A stretch of DNA of 64,000 nucleotides from Candidatus Spongiisociaceae bacterium (GCA_965202675.1 OZ241842.1:899188-963187); one strand, 5' to 3'; positions 34,754 through 45,824 are shown, counted from the first letter of the stretch. A program made the numbers and translations. Notes: generated by a model not told the origin, from the sequence alone.

Positions 34754-35287
34754 TCATCCGACCACCGCCTCGCGCAGCCGCTCGAGCCGTTTCCGCACGG
34801 ATCCGTCGATCACGGTGTCGCCCACCCTCGCCACCAGACCGCCCAGGATCGATTCGTCTATCACCACCCGCACCTCCACCTGGTTGCCGACCCGGGCGGC
34901 CAGGGCTTCCGCCAGCCGGTCGACCGCCCCCCGGTCCAGGGAGACGGCGCTGCGCACCTCGGCCACCACCCGATCCTGGGCGGCCGCCGAACGGGTGGTG
35001 AACTCGTCGGCGATGGCCTCCAGGTCGGAGGCCAGCCCCATACCGACCGCGAAGCTCACGAAGGCGGCGGTCAACCGGTGGGCGGAGGCGCTCAGCAGAT
35101 CATCGATCACCGCCTGCTTGCGCTCCATGGGGAGGCGGATGTCGCCCAGGGACTCCTTCAGCTCGTCGGAGCCTTCCAACGCCCTGGCCACCCGGAACAG
35201 CTCGGTCTCGACCCGTTCCACCGCGCCTTCGCCCCGCGCCATCTCGAAGACGGCGGCGGCGTAGCCCCTGACCCGTTCGTCGACCAT
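34754..35287 (-). CDS. atpH: ATP synthase delta subunit (OSCP)
   Basis: Position in the operon and the delta-like helical sequence. Confidence 0.8.
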   Translation of the reverse strand: MVDERVRGYAAAVFEMARGEGAVERVETELFRVARALEGSDELKESLGDIRLPMERKQAVIDDLLSASAHRLTAAFVSFAVGMGLASDLEAIADEFTTRSAAAQDRVVAEVRSAVSLDRGAVDRLAEALAARVGNQVEVRVVIDESILGGLVARVGDTVIDGSVRKRLERLREAVVG

Positions 35288-36192
<905 letters not shown>

Positions 36193-37017
36193 CTAGTGGG
36201 CGGGCTCCAGCGATGTCTGTATGTACACCGCCGACAGCAGGGTGAAGATGTAGGCCTGCAGGACCGCCACCACCACCTCGAACACGAAGATCGCCAACCC
36301 GAAGACGAACCACACCAACCCGATCCCGGCCTTCAGGCCGATATCCCCCACCCCCACCACGAAGAAGTAACCGGAGGTGAGCAGCAGGGTGAGCATGAGG
36401 TGCCCGGCCACCATGTTGGCGAAGAGCCGCACCGCCAGCGTGATGGGGCGCAGGACGAAGATCGACACCAACTCGATGATCCCCACCAGCCACCGGAGGG
36501 CGATCGGAACCGACCTGGGCCAGATGGTGTCGATGAAGTAGTGCTTGAAGCCGTGCTTGGCGAACCCCACGATCACGAAGAGCACCCAGGTAACCAGGGC
36601 CATGAAGGCGGGCAGGGCCATCCGGGAGGTGATCGGGAAGTTCACGAAGGGGGTGATCTCGAACAGGTTCCCCACCAGGATGAAGAAGAACAGCGACAGC
36701 AGGTAGGGCAGGTACCTGGCGCCTTCGGGGCCGATCACCCCCTTGGCGATATCGTCCCGCACGAAGCCGACCATGCTCTCCACCACCACCCCGTACTTGG
36801 ACGGAACCAGCTCCCGGCGGCGCAGGCCGAAATACAGCACCCCCAGCACGATCAGCATGGCGGCGAAGATCAGGAAGACGGTCCTGGTGAAGTGGAACCC
36901 GCCGATGGAGAACAGCGGGTCGGTGAACTCGAACAGCTCGTTCACGTTGGACGGGGCGCAGATAACATTGCCCTGCACGTCGCAGCTGGACACGGCCAGA
37001 ATCAACGCATCACGCAC
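36193..37017 (-). CDS. atpB: Fo ATP synthase subunit a
   Basis: …LRPITLAVRLFANMVAGHLML… is the subunit-a signature with a conserved Arg. Confidence 0.9.
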   Translation of the reverse strand: MRDALILAVSSCDVQGNVICAPSNVNELFEFTDPLFSIGGFHFTRTVFLIFAAMLIVLGVLYFGLRRRELVPSKYGVVVESMVGFVRDDIAKGVIGPEGARYLPYLLSLFFFILVGNLFEITPFVNFPITSRMALPAFMALVTWVLFVIVGFAKHGFKHYFIDTIWPRSVPIALRWLVGIIELVSIFVLRPITLAVRLFANMVAGHLMLTLLLTSGYFFVVGVGDIGLKAGIGLVWFVFGLAIFVFEVVVAVLQAYIFTLLSAVYIQTSLEPAH

Positions 37018-37498
37018 GCGGGCGGCTACTCCTTCTCCTGTTGTTCTTGTTCCCGGCGCCCCCGGCGCCGCCCAGAGCGGCGGCCTCCCAGACCAGCAGC
37101 GTCACGTAGGTCGCAATCACCGCCAACCCCAGCGCCGTCCTGTCCACCTCGAACAGGGCGATCACCGCCAGCATGACGGCCGCGATCAGGCCGAGGCGGA
37201 CGAAGAAACCTATGAGGGCGCCTGCATGATAGGCACCGAGCGACACCCTGGCCAACCGCGACATCATCGCCCCGCCCAGCAGGTAGTAACCGACGACTGC
37301 GGCTACCCCGGCGGCCGCCGCCGCCAGGCCTTCCCAGCCCCGCAGCAGACCGAACACCGCCAGCATGACCGGGCCGACCACCGCCGTCCGGCGCACGATG
37401 GAACGGGCCATGGCCAGCTCGACCGGCGGACGGTCGGCTATGTAACGCTCCACCTCGGAACGGTCGAGGCCCCTGCGGACGGCTGCGTCGTCAGCCAC
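37010..37498 (-). CDS. Hypothetical membrane protein in the atpI position
   Basis: Multi-TM protein immediately upstream of atpB. Confidence 0.4.
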   Translation of the reverse strand: MADDAAVRRGLDRSEVERYIADRPPVELAMARSIVRRTAVVGPVMLAVFGLLRGWEGLAAAAAGVAAVVGYYLLGGAMMSRLARVSLGAYHAGALIGFFVRLGLIAAVMLAVIALFEVDRTALGLAVIATYVTLLVWEAAALGGAGGAGNKNNRRRSSRPRA

Positions 37499-37781
37499 GG
37501 ATCGGCTGCTTTCCGCCGGGTTTCCCGACCAGCGCCCACATGCGGACGAAGGCGCTCACCGACCCCAGCGCGATCCCGGCGACCACCAGCCAGGGGTCGG
37601 TGCCCAGCCAGCGGTCCGCCAGCCACCCCAGCAGCGCGCCGGCCATGATCGACCCGAAGAAGGAACCCCCCGCCACCCAGCCGTCCGCCACAGCCGAGGC
37701 GGCGCCCCGGTGCGCGGTGCGCAGAGCACCCTCCGGGGCTGCATCGGTTCCGGACTCCCGCGAGCCTGAGATCTCGGCCAT
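37491..37781 (-). CDS. AtpZ/AtpI-family small membrane protein
   Basis: …SIMAGALLGWLADRWLGTDPWLVVAGIALGSV… matches the AtpZ (ATPase_gene1) pattern. Confidence 0.5.
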   Translation of the reverse strand: MAEISGSRESGTDAAPEGALRTAHRGAASAVADGWVAGGSFFGSIMAGALLGWLADRWLGTDPWLVVAGIALGSVSAFVRMWALVGKPGGKQPIRG

Positions 37782-37913
37782 CCCTCCTGACCCTACAGGG
37801 TTGTGATGTTTTTCACGAACTGCGGGTCAGTCACCTCTTTCCTCCCCCCGCTTCCTGCCCGGCAGGTACGACACGGCCTCGGGAGTACGGCAGAAATGGC
37901 GTGCAGTGTCCGG

Positions 37914-38237
37914 TTACAGCAACTTCAGGAGGGCAACGATCATCCCCCCTTGGGCTATCATGGCACCGATCATCCATTTCAAAAGGTCCGCCTTGACGGT
38001 AGCAATATCGGCCTTGACAGCAACGAGACCGGTCTTGGTGGCCAGATTGCTCTCCAACAGGTTGACCTGCTCCTCCGCCAGAACCTCGGCTTGCTGCTCG
38101 GTAAACCCACAAGCGGTCAGTTTCTTCACAAACCGGTGAGTGTCAAAAGTCACCCTACGAGGTTGCATCGGTTCCGGACTCCCGCGGGCCTGCGATCTCG
38201 GCCATCCCCTGATCCTACAGGGTTGTGATGATTTCAC
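37914..38237 (-). CDS. DUF1640-family coiled-coil / TM-tail protein
   Basis: …FDTHRFVKKLTACGFTEQQAEVLAEEQ…LATK…KADLLKWMIGAMIAQGGMIVALLKLL. Confidence 0.55.
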   Translation of the reverse strand: MKSSQPCRIRGWPRSQARGSPEPMQPRRVTFDTHRFVKKLTACGFTEQQAEVLAEEQVNLLESNLATKTGLVAVKADIATVKADLLKWMIGAMIAQGGMIVALLKLL

Positions 38238-38333
38238 GAACTGCGGGTCCTCCCGCTTTCCTGCCCCCGCTTCCTGCCCGGCAGGTGCGACATGGCCTCG
38301 GCAGTACGGCAGAAAATGGCGTGCAGTGCCGGG

Positions 38334-38516
38334 TTACTGCAACCTCAGGAGGATGACGATCACCACCGTCTGGAGCGCCATGGCACCGAAGAACACCCCC
38401 TTCAACAGCTCCGCCTTGGTGGATAACCGCAAAAGCTCCACCTCCGCCCGAACAGCAGCGACATCGGCCTTGGTAGCCAGATTGCTATCCAACAGGTTCA
38501 CCTGTTCCCTCATCAC
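38334..38516 (-). pseudogene. Truncated tandem duplicate of the DUF1640 gene
   Basis: A 60-aa remnant that lacks the N-terminal half. It sits in a roughly 400-bp tandem duplication (37800-38140 versus 38160-38345, including an identical upstream hairpin region). Confidence 0.5.
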
Positions 38517-38678
38517 ATCCCCTTCCCATGAGACTCACACGCCCCGCACCCTGCTCCTCGAGCCGCAAATCAGACCCGGCGGCGCAGGAAGCCCGCTGAT
38601 CACTCCCAACCAACCAAATAACACCACACAAGAACCGAACGAAATACAGACACCGTTGCTTGCGCCCAGCCGGGCTCG

Positions 38679-39950
38679 TCAGACGTGGCCGGGGAAGTCG
38701 GGCGGGTAGGGCGGGTAGTCCGCCGCCAGGGCCGCCGCTTCGCGGGCGGACATCTCCAGGGCCTTCTGGTCGGACCGCTTGCGCAGGGTGCGGGTGATGA
38801 GGGTGGCAACCTGGACGGCCGCCGCCTCCTTCATGCCGCAGGTGGTGATGCCGGGGGTGCCGATCCGCAGGCCGCTGGTTATGTAGGGGGGGCGGGGGTC
38901 GAAGGGTATGCCGTTGCGGTTGAGGGTCACCCCCACCGAATCGAGCAGGGCGGAGGCTTCCTTGCCGGTCAGGTCCTCGTCGAGGGAGCGCATGTCCAGC
39001 AGCATCAGATGGTTGTCGGTGCCGCCCGACACCACCCGCACCCCTTGGGCGGTGAAAGCGTCGGCCATGGCCGAGGCGTTGGCGACGATCTGCGCCGCGT
39101 AGGCCCGGTAGGCCTCGGTGGAGGCCTCATGGAAGCACACCGCCTTGCCGGCGATCTGGCTGATGATCGGACCGCCCTGCATGTCGGGGAACACCGCCTT
39201 GTCCAACCCGGCCCCGAACCGCTCCCTGGCCATGATCATGCCTCCCCTGGGCCCGCGCAGCGCCTTGTGGGTGGTGGCGGTCACGATGTCGGCGAACGGG
39301 ACGGGGTTGGGCAGGGCCCCGCCGGCCACCAGCCCGATGAAGTGGGCGGCGTCCACCATGAACACCGCCCCCGCTTCGTCGGCTATGGAACGGAAGGCTT
39401 CGTAGTCGAGATGCCTGGAGTAGGCCGAGTACCCGGCCAGGAGGATCTTGGGGCGGTGTTCGAGGGCCTTGGCCCGCACCTCGTCCATGTCGATCCGCTC
39501 CGTCCGGCGGTCCACCCCGTAGGCGACGAAGCGGTACAGGCGCCCGGAGAAGTTCACCGGCGAGCCGTGGGTCAGGTGCCCCCCCTCGGCCAGGCTGAGC
39601 CCGAGCACCGTGTCCCCCGGTTCCAGGAGGGAAAAGTAGACCCCCATGTTGGCCTGGGCGCCGGAGTGGGGCTGCACGTTGACGTACTCGGCGCCGAACA
39701 GGGCCCGGGCGCGCTCGATGGCCAGGCTTTCGAGCCGATCCACCACCTGACAGCCCTCGTAGTAGCGCCGCCCCGGATAGCCCTCGGCGTACTTGTTGGT
39801 GTAGACCGACCCGCAGGCCTGCATGACCGCAGGGGAGGCAAAGTTCTCGGAGGCGATCAGGTGGATGTGGGTGTTCTGGCGGCGAACATCCGCCCTGATG
39901 AGGTCTGCTGCGGCAGGATCGACCTGCTCGATGGGCCGCATGTCGGTCAT
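38679..39950 (-). CDS. glyA: Serine hydroxymethyltransferase
   Basis: …HLIASENFASPAVMQA…TTHKALRGPRGG… are canonical SHMT motifs. The start is at MTDMRP. Confidence 0.95.
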   Translation of the reverse strand: MTDMRPIEQVDPAAADLIRADVRRQNTHIHLIASENFASPAVMQACGSVYTNKYAEGYPGRRYYEGCQVVDRLESLAIERARALFGAEYVNVQPHSGAQANMGVYFSLLEPGDTVLGLSLAEGGHLTHGSPVNFSGRLYRFVAYGVDRRTERIDMDEVRAKALEHRPKILLAGYSAYSRHLDYEAFRSIADEAGAVFMVDAAHFIGLVAGGALPNPVPFADIVTATTHKALRGPRGGMIMARERFGAGLDKAVFPDMQGGPIISQIAGKAVCFHEASTEAYRAYAAQIVANASAMADAFTAQGVRVVSGGTDNHLMLLDMRSLDEDLTGKEASALLDSVGVTLNRNGIPFDPRPPYITSGLRIGTPGITTCGMKEAAAVQVATLITRTLRKRSDQKALEMSAREAAALAADYPPYPPDFPGHV

Positions 39951-40561
39951 GGTGATTCCGTTCCTCGTCTGCTGCTGGGTTGAATGAGGGTAGCCGGGCA
40001 CAGGCGGGCCGGATATGCGCTCCGAGAGATGGAGAGGCGGAATCGCCCCTCGACTACGGAACAGGGAGGCGCCGAGTCCGGCGGCAGCCGCGCATCCGGT
40101 TTCAAGGAGCCGGCAGGCGCCCGGATCCGACCCTGCCCGCCGCGCCGCCGAGCAGAATCACCGCAGTATCACCAAACACAGATGCCGGAACCCCCGACCA
40201 CGGCTCCCCGCCCTCCCCGCCCTCCGCCTTACCGGTTCACCAAAGACACCAGGAGTCGTAATCCCGACCACCGAAGAGGACACGGCTACCACAGCCTCGA
40301 GGTATTCACCAAGACACAGGTACCAGAACCCCCGACCACGGCTCCCGCCCTCCCCGGCCTCCGCCTTACCGGTTCACCAAAGGCACAGATGCCGGAATCC
40401 CCGACCCGCCAACAGATCACGAAGACCGCGCCTTCCCCTCCCGCCCGAACCACACGAACGGGTAATCCACCTCCACCAATAGATCGCGAAAACTTCCCGC
40501 CGCCCCCCTCGGATAATCACGACCAGGAAATGTCAGACCCACCAATAGTCGGACCCACCAA

Positions 40562-40824
40562 TAAGATCGCGAAAATCCTGCGCCCCCGCCCCCGGCTACG
40601 CCGGGCCCTCCCCCGCCGCCGCCACCGACATCGGAACCCTTCGCAGGACGCGCAACCCCTGTGCGGGCGCCGGCGCCCGGCCTGACAAGATTTCCAGGAT
40701 GACCGCCGCGCACTCCGGAACCCCGGCGGCGGTGTTTGTGCTTTGACACAACACATGGTATCACAAACCTATGACAAACCCAATACCCTTATCCTGAAAT
40801 GCGAAAAATATTTTTCTCGTTTAC
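40562..40824 (+). repeat. Interspersed repeat element copy 3 (type A)
   Basis: …gatcgcgaaaatcc…ccgccgcgcactccggaaccccggcggcggtgtttgtgctttgacacaacacatggtatcacaaacctatgacaaacccaataccc…. Confidence 0.8.
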
Positions 40825-40843
40825 GCCGGCGGGCTCCGCCGTT

Positions 40844-41425
40844 TCACCGGAAAGACGGGTCGGGGTCGAGGCGCACCGGTCCTTCCCGCAGCACCGCCGG
40901 GGGGGATCGGGTGAGGTCCGCCACCGTGGACGGTGCGCCGCCGGGGCATTCCCCTTCCAGGTAGACCGCCGCCCCCCCGCCGAGCGACGCCCGGGCTTCG
41001 GCGGCGGACCGGGCGGGCGGGCGGCCGCTCCGGTTGGCGCTGGTAACCGCCAGCGGCCCCGTCCGGGCGAGGAGGTCAAGCAGCAGGGGGTGGTCGGGTA
41101 TCCGGACCGCCAGGGTGCCCCTTTCATGGTCGCCCACCCCCTCGGCCAGGGTCACCTTCGATCTGAGTACGGCGGTGAACGGACCCGGCCAGCAGCGGTT
41201 CAACAGGGCCCGAGTCCGGGCGGGCAGCTCGACCAGCGGCTCGACCTGGGCCTGTGAAGCGGCCAACACCGCCAGCGGAAGGTGATCGCCCCGCCCTTTC
41301 AGCTCGAACAGCCCCCGGACCGCCCGGGGGTCGGCCGGGTCGACCGCCACCCCGTATACGGTGTCGGTGGGTACGCCCACCACCCCGCCGCGGCGCAGGG
41401 CGGCCAGGGCGGCTTCCAGGCTCAC
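40844..41425 (-). CDS. tsaC: L-threonylcarbamoyladenylate synthase (YrdC/Sua5 family)
   Basis: …GGVVGVPTDTVYGVAVDP… with a GTG start preceded by GGAGGA. The ORF-track version (443 aa) is over-extended. Confidence 0.8.
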   Translation of the reverse strand: MSLEAALAALRRGGVVGVPTDTVYGVAVDPADPRAVRGLFELKGRGDHLPLAVLAASQAQVEPLVELPARTRALLNRCWPGPFTAVLRSKVTLAEGVGDHERGTLAVRIPDHPLLLDLLARTGPLAVTSANRSGRPPARSAAEARASLGGGAAVYLEGECPGGAPSTVADLTRSPPAVLREGPVRLDPDPSFR

Positions 41426-42237
41426 GGGTTCCTCCGGGCGGTCAGGAAACGGTCCCGCCCCGCCAGATCCCGGTCGACGGCCGCCTCCCACCCCGCATCG
41501 GCAAAGAACCGTTCTATCTCCCGGCCCTGCCCCTCGCCTATCTCCGCCGCCAACACCCCGTCCGGCGCCAGCCACGGGGCGGCCTCCGCCGCCAGATACC
41601 GATACATGTCCAGGCCGTCTCCCATCACCAGCGCCGTCTTCGGCTCGTGGTCCCTGACCTCGGAGGGAAGCCCCTCCCAATCCGACTCGGCTATGTAGGG
41701 GGGGTTGGTCAGGATCATATATACGCCTCCCCGCAGGGCCGGATCGAGGGCGGCCAGCCGGTCCCCCCGGCAGAACTCCACCTCCAGGCCCAGGCGGGCG
41801 GCGTTGAGGCGGGCGACTTCGAGAGCGCCGGCGGAGATGTCGGCGGCGACCACCCGTATGTCTGGCCGCCCGTTCTTGACCGCCAGAGCCAGACAGCCCG
41901 ACCCGGCGCCCAGGTCCACCACCGTGCAGGGCCGGCCGGGAAGCATCCCCATCGCCCTTTCCCACAGCTGCTCGGTCTCGGGCCGGGGTATGAACACCCT
42001 GGGATCCACCCGCACCTCGATCGGCCCGAAAGCGGCGGTTCCCTCTATGTACTGGAGCGGCTCCCCGGCCCGCCGCCGCTCGCACAGCTCCCCGAACAAC
42101 TCCCGCTGCCGCCGGTTCGGCTCCACCCCGCCGGCCGCCGACGCCGACCGGGAGGCCCCGGTAGCGGCCTGCCAAAGCCGCGCCGCCTCATGCCCGGGAA
42201 TCCCCGGCCCCGCCGTCCGCGCCCGGCGGTCATCCAT
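41422..42237 (-). CDS. prmC: Release factor glutamine N5-methyltransferase
   Basis: …GEPLQYIEGTAAF… with …DLGAGSGCLALA… and NPPYI motifs. Its 3' end overlaps the tsaC start by 4 bp. Confidence 0.8.
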   Translation of the reverse strand: MDDRRARTAGPGIPGHEAARLWQAATGASRSASAAGGVEPNRRQRELFGELCERRRAGEPLQYIEGTAAFGPIEVRVDPRVFIPRPETEQLWERAMGMLPGRPCTVVDLGAGSGCLALAVKNGRPDIRVVAADISAGALEVARLNAARLGLEVEFCRGDRLAALDPALRGGVYMILTNPPYIAESDWEGLPSEVRDHEPKTALVMGDGLDMYRYLAAEAAPWLAPDGVLAAEIGEGQGREIERFFADAGWEAAVDRDLAGRDRFLTARRNP

Positions 42238-42357
42238 CGAACAAACGAAGACCGCCCGCCTCGGGTTCGGGAAATGCTTCCAGCAACCGCCCCGCCCGCG
42301 ATCCGATCTCGTTGTAATAGACCCGCGCCGCTGCAACGACGGAGGCGTCGACAACAA

Positions 42358-42606
42358 TCACTGCCTGCGGTCTTCAAGATAGGAGAGGATTGATCTCACC
42401 GGCAACGACGACCCGCCCGCCCGCCGGCGCCGCTCCAAGCGCTCCAGCACCGATTCGAGGTCGGGTTTGGAAACCGGCCTGATCAGTTCCCGCCTCAGGT
42501 ACTCCTGCAGAGATCGTCCGCTGCGTGCGGCCCGGGCCGCGATCTCGTCGCGGGCCTCATCGGGTACATCCCTGATGGTGATGGATTTCGGCATTGCCGT
42601 CATCAT
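42358..42606 (-). CDS. Ribbon-helix-helix antitoxin-like protein (FitA/VapB/Arc family), orphan
   Basis: MPKSITIRDVPDEARDEIAARAARSGRSLQEYLRREL. No cognate toxin is adjacent on the same strand. Confidence 0.5.
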   Translation of the reverse strand: MMTAMPKSITIRDVPDEARDEIAARAARSGRSLQEYLRRELIRPVSKPDLESVLERLERRRRAGGSSLPVRSILSYLEDRRQ

Positions 42607-42641
42607 CTTACAGGTTTCATGCTGTGGGATACACTGCCCGC

Positions 42642-42878
42642 ATGGATGAAGTAACCGTTCAAGAGCTCCAAGAAAGCGGAGATGCGGTCATAGATCGCGT
42701 ACATGCAGGCGAGCGCTTGACCGTGACCCGATCCGGCCGCCCGGTTGCCGAGCTTCGTCCACTGCCCCGCCGAGGACCGGATCCGGCGACCCTGCTCGAC
42801 CGCTGGCACAAGTTGCCCCACATCGACCCCGTCGCCTTCCGACGAGATATCGACCAATTATTGGATCCTCGTCTGTGA
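42642..42878 (+). CDS. Phd/YefM-family antitoxin
   Basis: MDEVTVQELQESGDAVIDRVHAGERLTVTRSGRPVAELRPL. Confidence 0.7.
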   Translation: MDEVTVQELQESGDAVIDRVHAGERLTVTRSGRPVAELRPLPRRGPDPATLLDRWHKLPHIDPVAFRRDIDQLLDPRL

Positions 42879-43317
42879 ACTTCGCCGATAAAGGGCCCGG
42901 CATCCTTGATACCAGCACTGTGATCCTGTTGCCCCGGATCTTGGATCCCAACGCCCTTCCCTCGGAACCGATGATCACCGCCATTACCCTTGCCGAGCTA
43001 TCCGTCGGCCCTCTCGTCACATCCACCCAGACAGAACGGGCCTATCGCCAAGCCCACCTAGACCAAGCCGCAACCGATTTCGAGGCACTCCCGTTCAACA
43101 AGGCGGCCGCCAGATCATTGCCAACGTGGCCTACGATCTCCGCAAAGCTGGACGGAAAGCCGTAGCCCGTTCCTATGATGCGCTCATAGCCGCTACAGCA
43201 ATCGCCAACGGACTTCCCCTCTACACGACCAATCCCCAGGACTTCGCCGCTATCAACGAACCACAGCTCATCCCCGTTCCCCATCCGGACCAAAACCTGT
43301 CCAACACCCCTCCCTGA
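42875..43317 (+). pseudogene. vapC: VapC PIN-domain toxin with a frameshift near 43105-43125
   Basis: N-terminal part …LDTSTVILL…ITAITLAEL… and C-terminal part …YDALIAATAIANGLPLYTTNPQDF… lie in different frames. Confidence 0.6.
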
Positions 43318-43373
43318 GTCGAAGAATCTTCTCGCAGCAACGCACCGAGCCGACCCGGACGGATGCCGGTTGC

Positions 43374-44624
43374 CTACGCCCACAGGGTGCTGATCGGCGC
43401 GGCAGTGATCCGGTCGGCAAGCGGGTAAGGCCAGGAACCGGTGTGCAGCACCACCCCGCCCGCGAACATCTCGCCCAGCCGGTCGCGCAGCCAGATCAGG
43501 TGCTTCGCGTCGCTGCGGGCGGGGGCGGATGTTGCCTTTATCTCTATGCCGATGACCCGGCGGGCATCGATCTCGATGACCAGATCGACCTCGCGCCCGC
43601 CGTCGCCCGACCGCAGATGATGGAGAACCGCCCTGCCCCGAACCGACGCCGCCTCGGCCCGTATCTGCGCCGCGGCGAAGGTTTCCAGAATCCGGCCCAG
43701 CAGGCCGCCGTGGCCGAGCACCCCCTCCGCGTCGGCCCCCGGCGCGGCGGCCGCCAACCCCGAATCGGTGAGATACCGCTTGGGAGATCTGGCCAGACGC
43801 TTCAGCCGGTTGGTTGACCAGGCCGGTATCTCGTCGACGATCATCAGGTTCTGTAAATGCCGCCGGTAGGCATCGCCGGTTCGATGGTTGATCCCGGCCG
43901 CTTCGTTGATCTTCCGGTCGGCAACCACCCCCGCAGATACGGCGGCGTACGCGTCGAAGTAGCGGCGGAACAGGACGGGGTTGCGGGCGCCCAGCACCTC
44001 CCGGGCGGTCAGCCCGTCGATGTACCCCTCCAACCACGCCCGCCTCTCGGTTTCGGGCACCGACAGCACAGCCTCGGGAAACCCGCCCGCGACCGCCAGA
44101 GCCGCATAGCCCCGTATGTCCCACCCGCCGGCGGCCGGTTCCAGGTCTTCGCCGTCGACGATCCGCTCGATCAGCGGTTTGGTTCGGGCCGCCTTCTGCT
44201 CGGCCACCGTGAGCGGCCACATCTCCAGGTTCACCACCCGGCCCACGCCGGGCCAGCCGCCGGGCGTGTCGAGAATGGCCTGCTGCGAACCGGCAAGGAT
44301 GAACCGCCCGGGCCGGAAGTCGTCATCGACCGCCCGCTTCACCGCCCCCAACACCTCCGGCGCGATCTGCCATTCGTCCAGCAGGACGGGTTCGGGGAGG
44401 TTGCGGGCGAGAGCAGCATCCGGGTCGGCCCGGAACACCGCCGCCTCCTCAGGCCGGTCCATCCTCACCACCGTGCGGGCGTGCCTGGCGGCGGTGGTGG
44501 TCTTGCCCACCGCTCTGGGCCCGACCAACATAACCGCAGGCAGACCCGACAAAAGTTGCGTCAGAACGGGGTCGACCAAACGCTCTCGATATACCGGCAT
44601 CCACAAAGCATACAACAATTTCAC
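43374..44624 (-). CDS. AAA+ ATPase of the DUF4143 family (second paralog)
   Basis: Walker A GPRAVGKTTTAARH, with the same architecture as 5365-6696. Confidence 0.75.
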   Translation of the reverse strand: MKLLYALWMPVYRERLVDPVLTQLLSGLPAVMLVGPRAVGKTTTAARHARTVVRMDRPEEAAVFRADPDAALARNLPEPVLLDEWQIAPEVLGAVKRAVDDDFRPGRFILAGSQQAILDTPGGWPGVGRVVNLEMWPLTVAEQKAARTKPLIERIVDGEDLEPAAGGWDIRGYAALAVAGGFPEAVLSVPETERRAWLEGYIDGLTAREVLGARNPVLFRRYFDAYAAVSAGVVADRKINEAAGINHRTGDAYRRHLQNLMIVDEIPAWSTNRLKRLARSPKRYLTDSGLAAAAPGADAEGVLGHGGLLGRILETFAAAQIRAEAASVRGRAVLHHLRSGDGGREVDLVIEIDARRVIGIEIKATSAPARSDAKHLIWLRDRLGEMFAGGVVLHTGSWPYPLADRITAAPISTLWA

Positions 44625-44839
44625 CCGGTTGAATACAACTATTTCATCGGCTCTGATACAACTTTTCCACCGCTCCGTCTACAACTTTTCTTGCCGCCTG
44701 ATTCTGTCGGCGGTATGGCATACTTACTTTTACTCGCTGGTAAGGAGCACAGATGAGTTCTGTCGTCGTAGGGGGTCTGCCGAAGGGCCGGGGCAACGTT
44801 CGAGAAGGGTCGGATGTCGTGCGGCAAGGCACCAGGCTG

Positions 44840-45079
44840 ATGGCGAAGGTCACGTCGAAGGGCCAGGTAACCATTCCCAAGGGCATCCGACGCGAGCTCG
44901 ACATCAAGGAAGGCGACACCGTCATGTTCCGGCTCGGAGAAGAACAGGCGGTGATGACCCGCATCCCCGACCTCATGGAGCTGGCCGGCTCGGTCGAGGT
45001 GCCGGAGGACAAACGGGGCCTGTCCTGGGACGAGATACGCAGCATCGTCCGCCAGGAAAGGGCCAAGAAATGGCGTTGA
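44840..45079 (+). CDS. AbrB/MazE/SpoVT-family antitoxin
   Basis: MAKVTSKGQVTIPKGIRRELDIKEGDTVMF… swapped-hairpin motif. Confidence 0.65.
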   Translation: MAKVTSKGQVTIPKGIRRELDIKEGDTVMFRLGEEQAVMTRIPDLMELAGSVEVPEDKRGLSWDEIRSIVRQERAKKWR

Positions 45080-45468
45080 CGGCGTACATCGACACCAACA
45101 TCCTCGTCCGCCACATAACGGGCGACCATCCGGACCCGGCGGTCCGCGCCGGCGCCTTCATCGACGAAGCAGACGAACTGTTGCTGCCGGAGGTCATCGC
45201 CGCCGAGACGGTGTACGTACTCGAGTCCGTCTACGGGCTCAGCCGCGACGAAACAGCCGAGGTCGTGCGCTCGGTGATCGCCCACCGATCGATCCGCACG
45301 CCGGACGCCCCCCTGCTGTTGAAGTCGCTCGACATCTACCAGGACCACCGGATCGACTTCCCCGAGGCCTACCTGGCGGCGGCCGCCGAATCCACCGGCG
45401 TAGGCATCGTCGCGTCCTTCGACCGCGCCGTCGACCGGGTCTCTTCGATCACCCGCGTCGAGCCCTGA
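45070..45468 (+). CDS. vapC: VapC-type PIN-domain toxin
   Basis: MALTAYIDTNILVRH…D…E…D PIN residues. It overlaps the antitoxin stop by 10 bp. The ORF-track 450-aa frame (44116-45468) is an artefact apart from this 3' part. Confidence 0.75.
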   Translation: MALTAYIDTNILVRHITGDHPDPAVRAGAFIDEADELLLPEVIAAETVYVLESVYGLSRDETAEVVRSVIAHRSIRTPDAPLLLKSLDIYQDHRIDFPEAYLAAAAESTGVGIVASFDRAVDRVSSITRVEP

Positions 45469-45513
45469 ATCACGGAATGACAAAAAAATCCGTCAGATCC
45501 GCCGACAAGGGTA

Positions 45514-45542
45514 TTGACCTTGTCGCACCGATAGGGGATAAT
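45514..45542 (+). promoter_or_regulatory. Near-consensus sigma70-type promoter, TTGACC-17-GATAAT, reading rightward
   Basis: -35 at 45514-45519 and -10 at 45537-45542, about 660 nt upstream of the DUF499 operon start. Confidence 0.4.
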
Positions 45543-45731
45543 GAAGAAGTTGCAATCACCTCCGGTCCGCAGCCGGCGCAGACCGAGACAGGGATCATCT
45601 TCCGAACGCGACCCGCCGGGGTACTGACCAGGCGCGTCCGGATTCTCGGTGGTGGTGGCGGGGGCCGGGCCCGCGAAGCGGGGCGTGGGGCGGCGTTTTT
45701 CGCGTTCTTGCGGGGTCCGGGGGTCCGGATA

Positions 45732-45824
45732 GGGGCTTGACCAGGGGGTTCGCAGGGAACGAGCAGTGTGGTGGTGAACGGGGGCCAAGAGGTGCGATGG
45801 GGGCTTGACCAGGGGTTCGCAGGG
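45732..45824 (+). repeat. Pair of about 25-bp direct repeats (gggcttgaccaggg(g)gttcgcaggg) spaced 67 bp apart
   Basis: Copies at 45732-45757 and 45799-45824. Each contains a TTGACC motif. Confidence 0.7.

Noticed and set aside
40844-42175. 443-aa minus-strand ORF suggesting a large fusion protein
   Set aside because: It is the tsaC reading frame read through upstream into prmC-overlapping, out-of-frame sequence. A GGAGGA-preceded GTG start at 41425 gives a normal 194-aa TsaC.
44116-45468. 450-aa ORF spanning the DUF4143 ATPase antisense region through vapC
   Set aside because: Only the last 132 codons (from the ATG at 45070) encode a PIN domain. Upstream it overlaps the AbrB/MazE-like antitoxin in another frame and the ATPase on the opposite strand.
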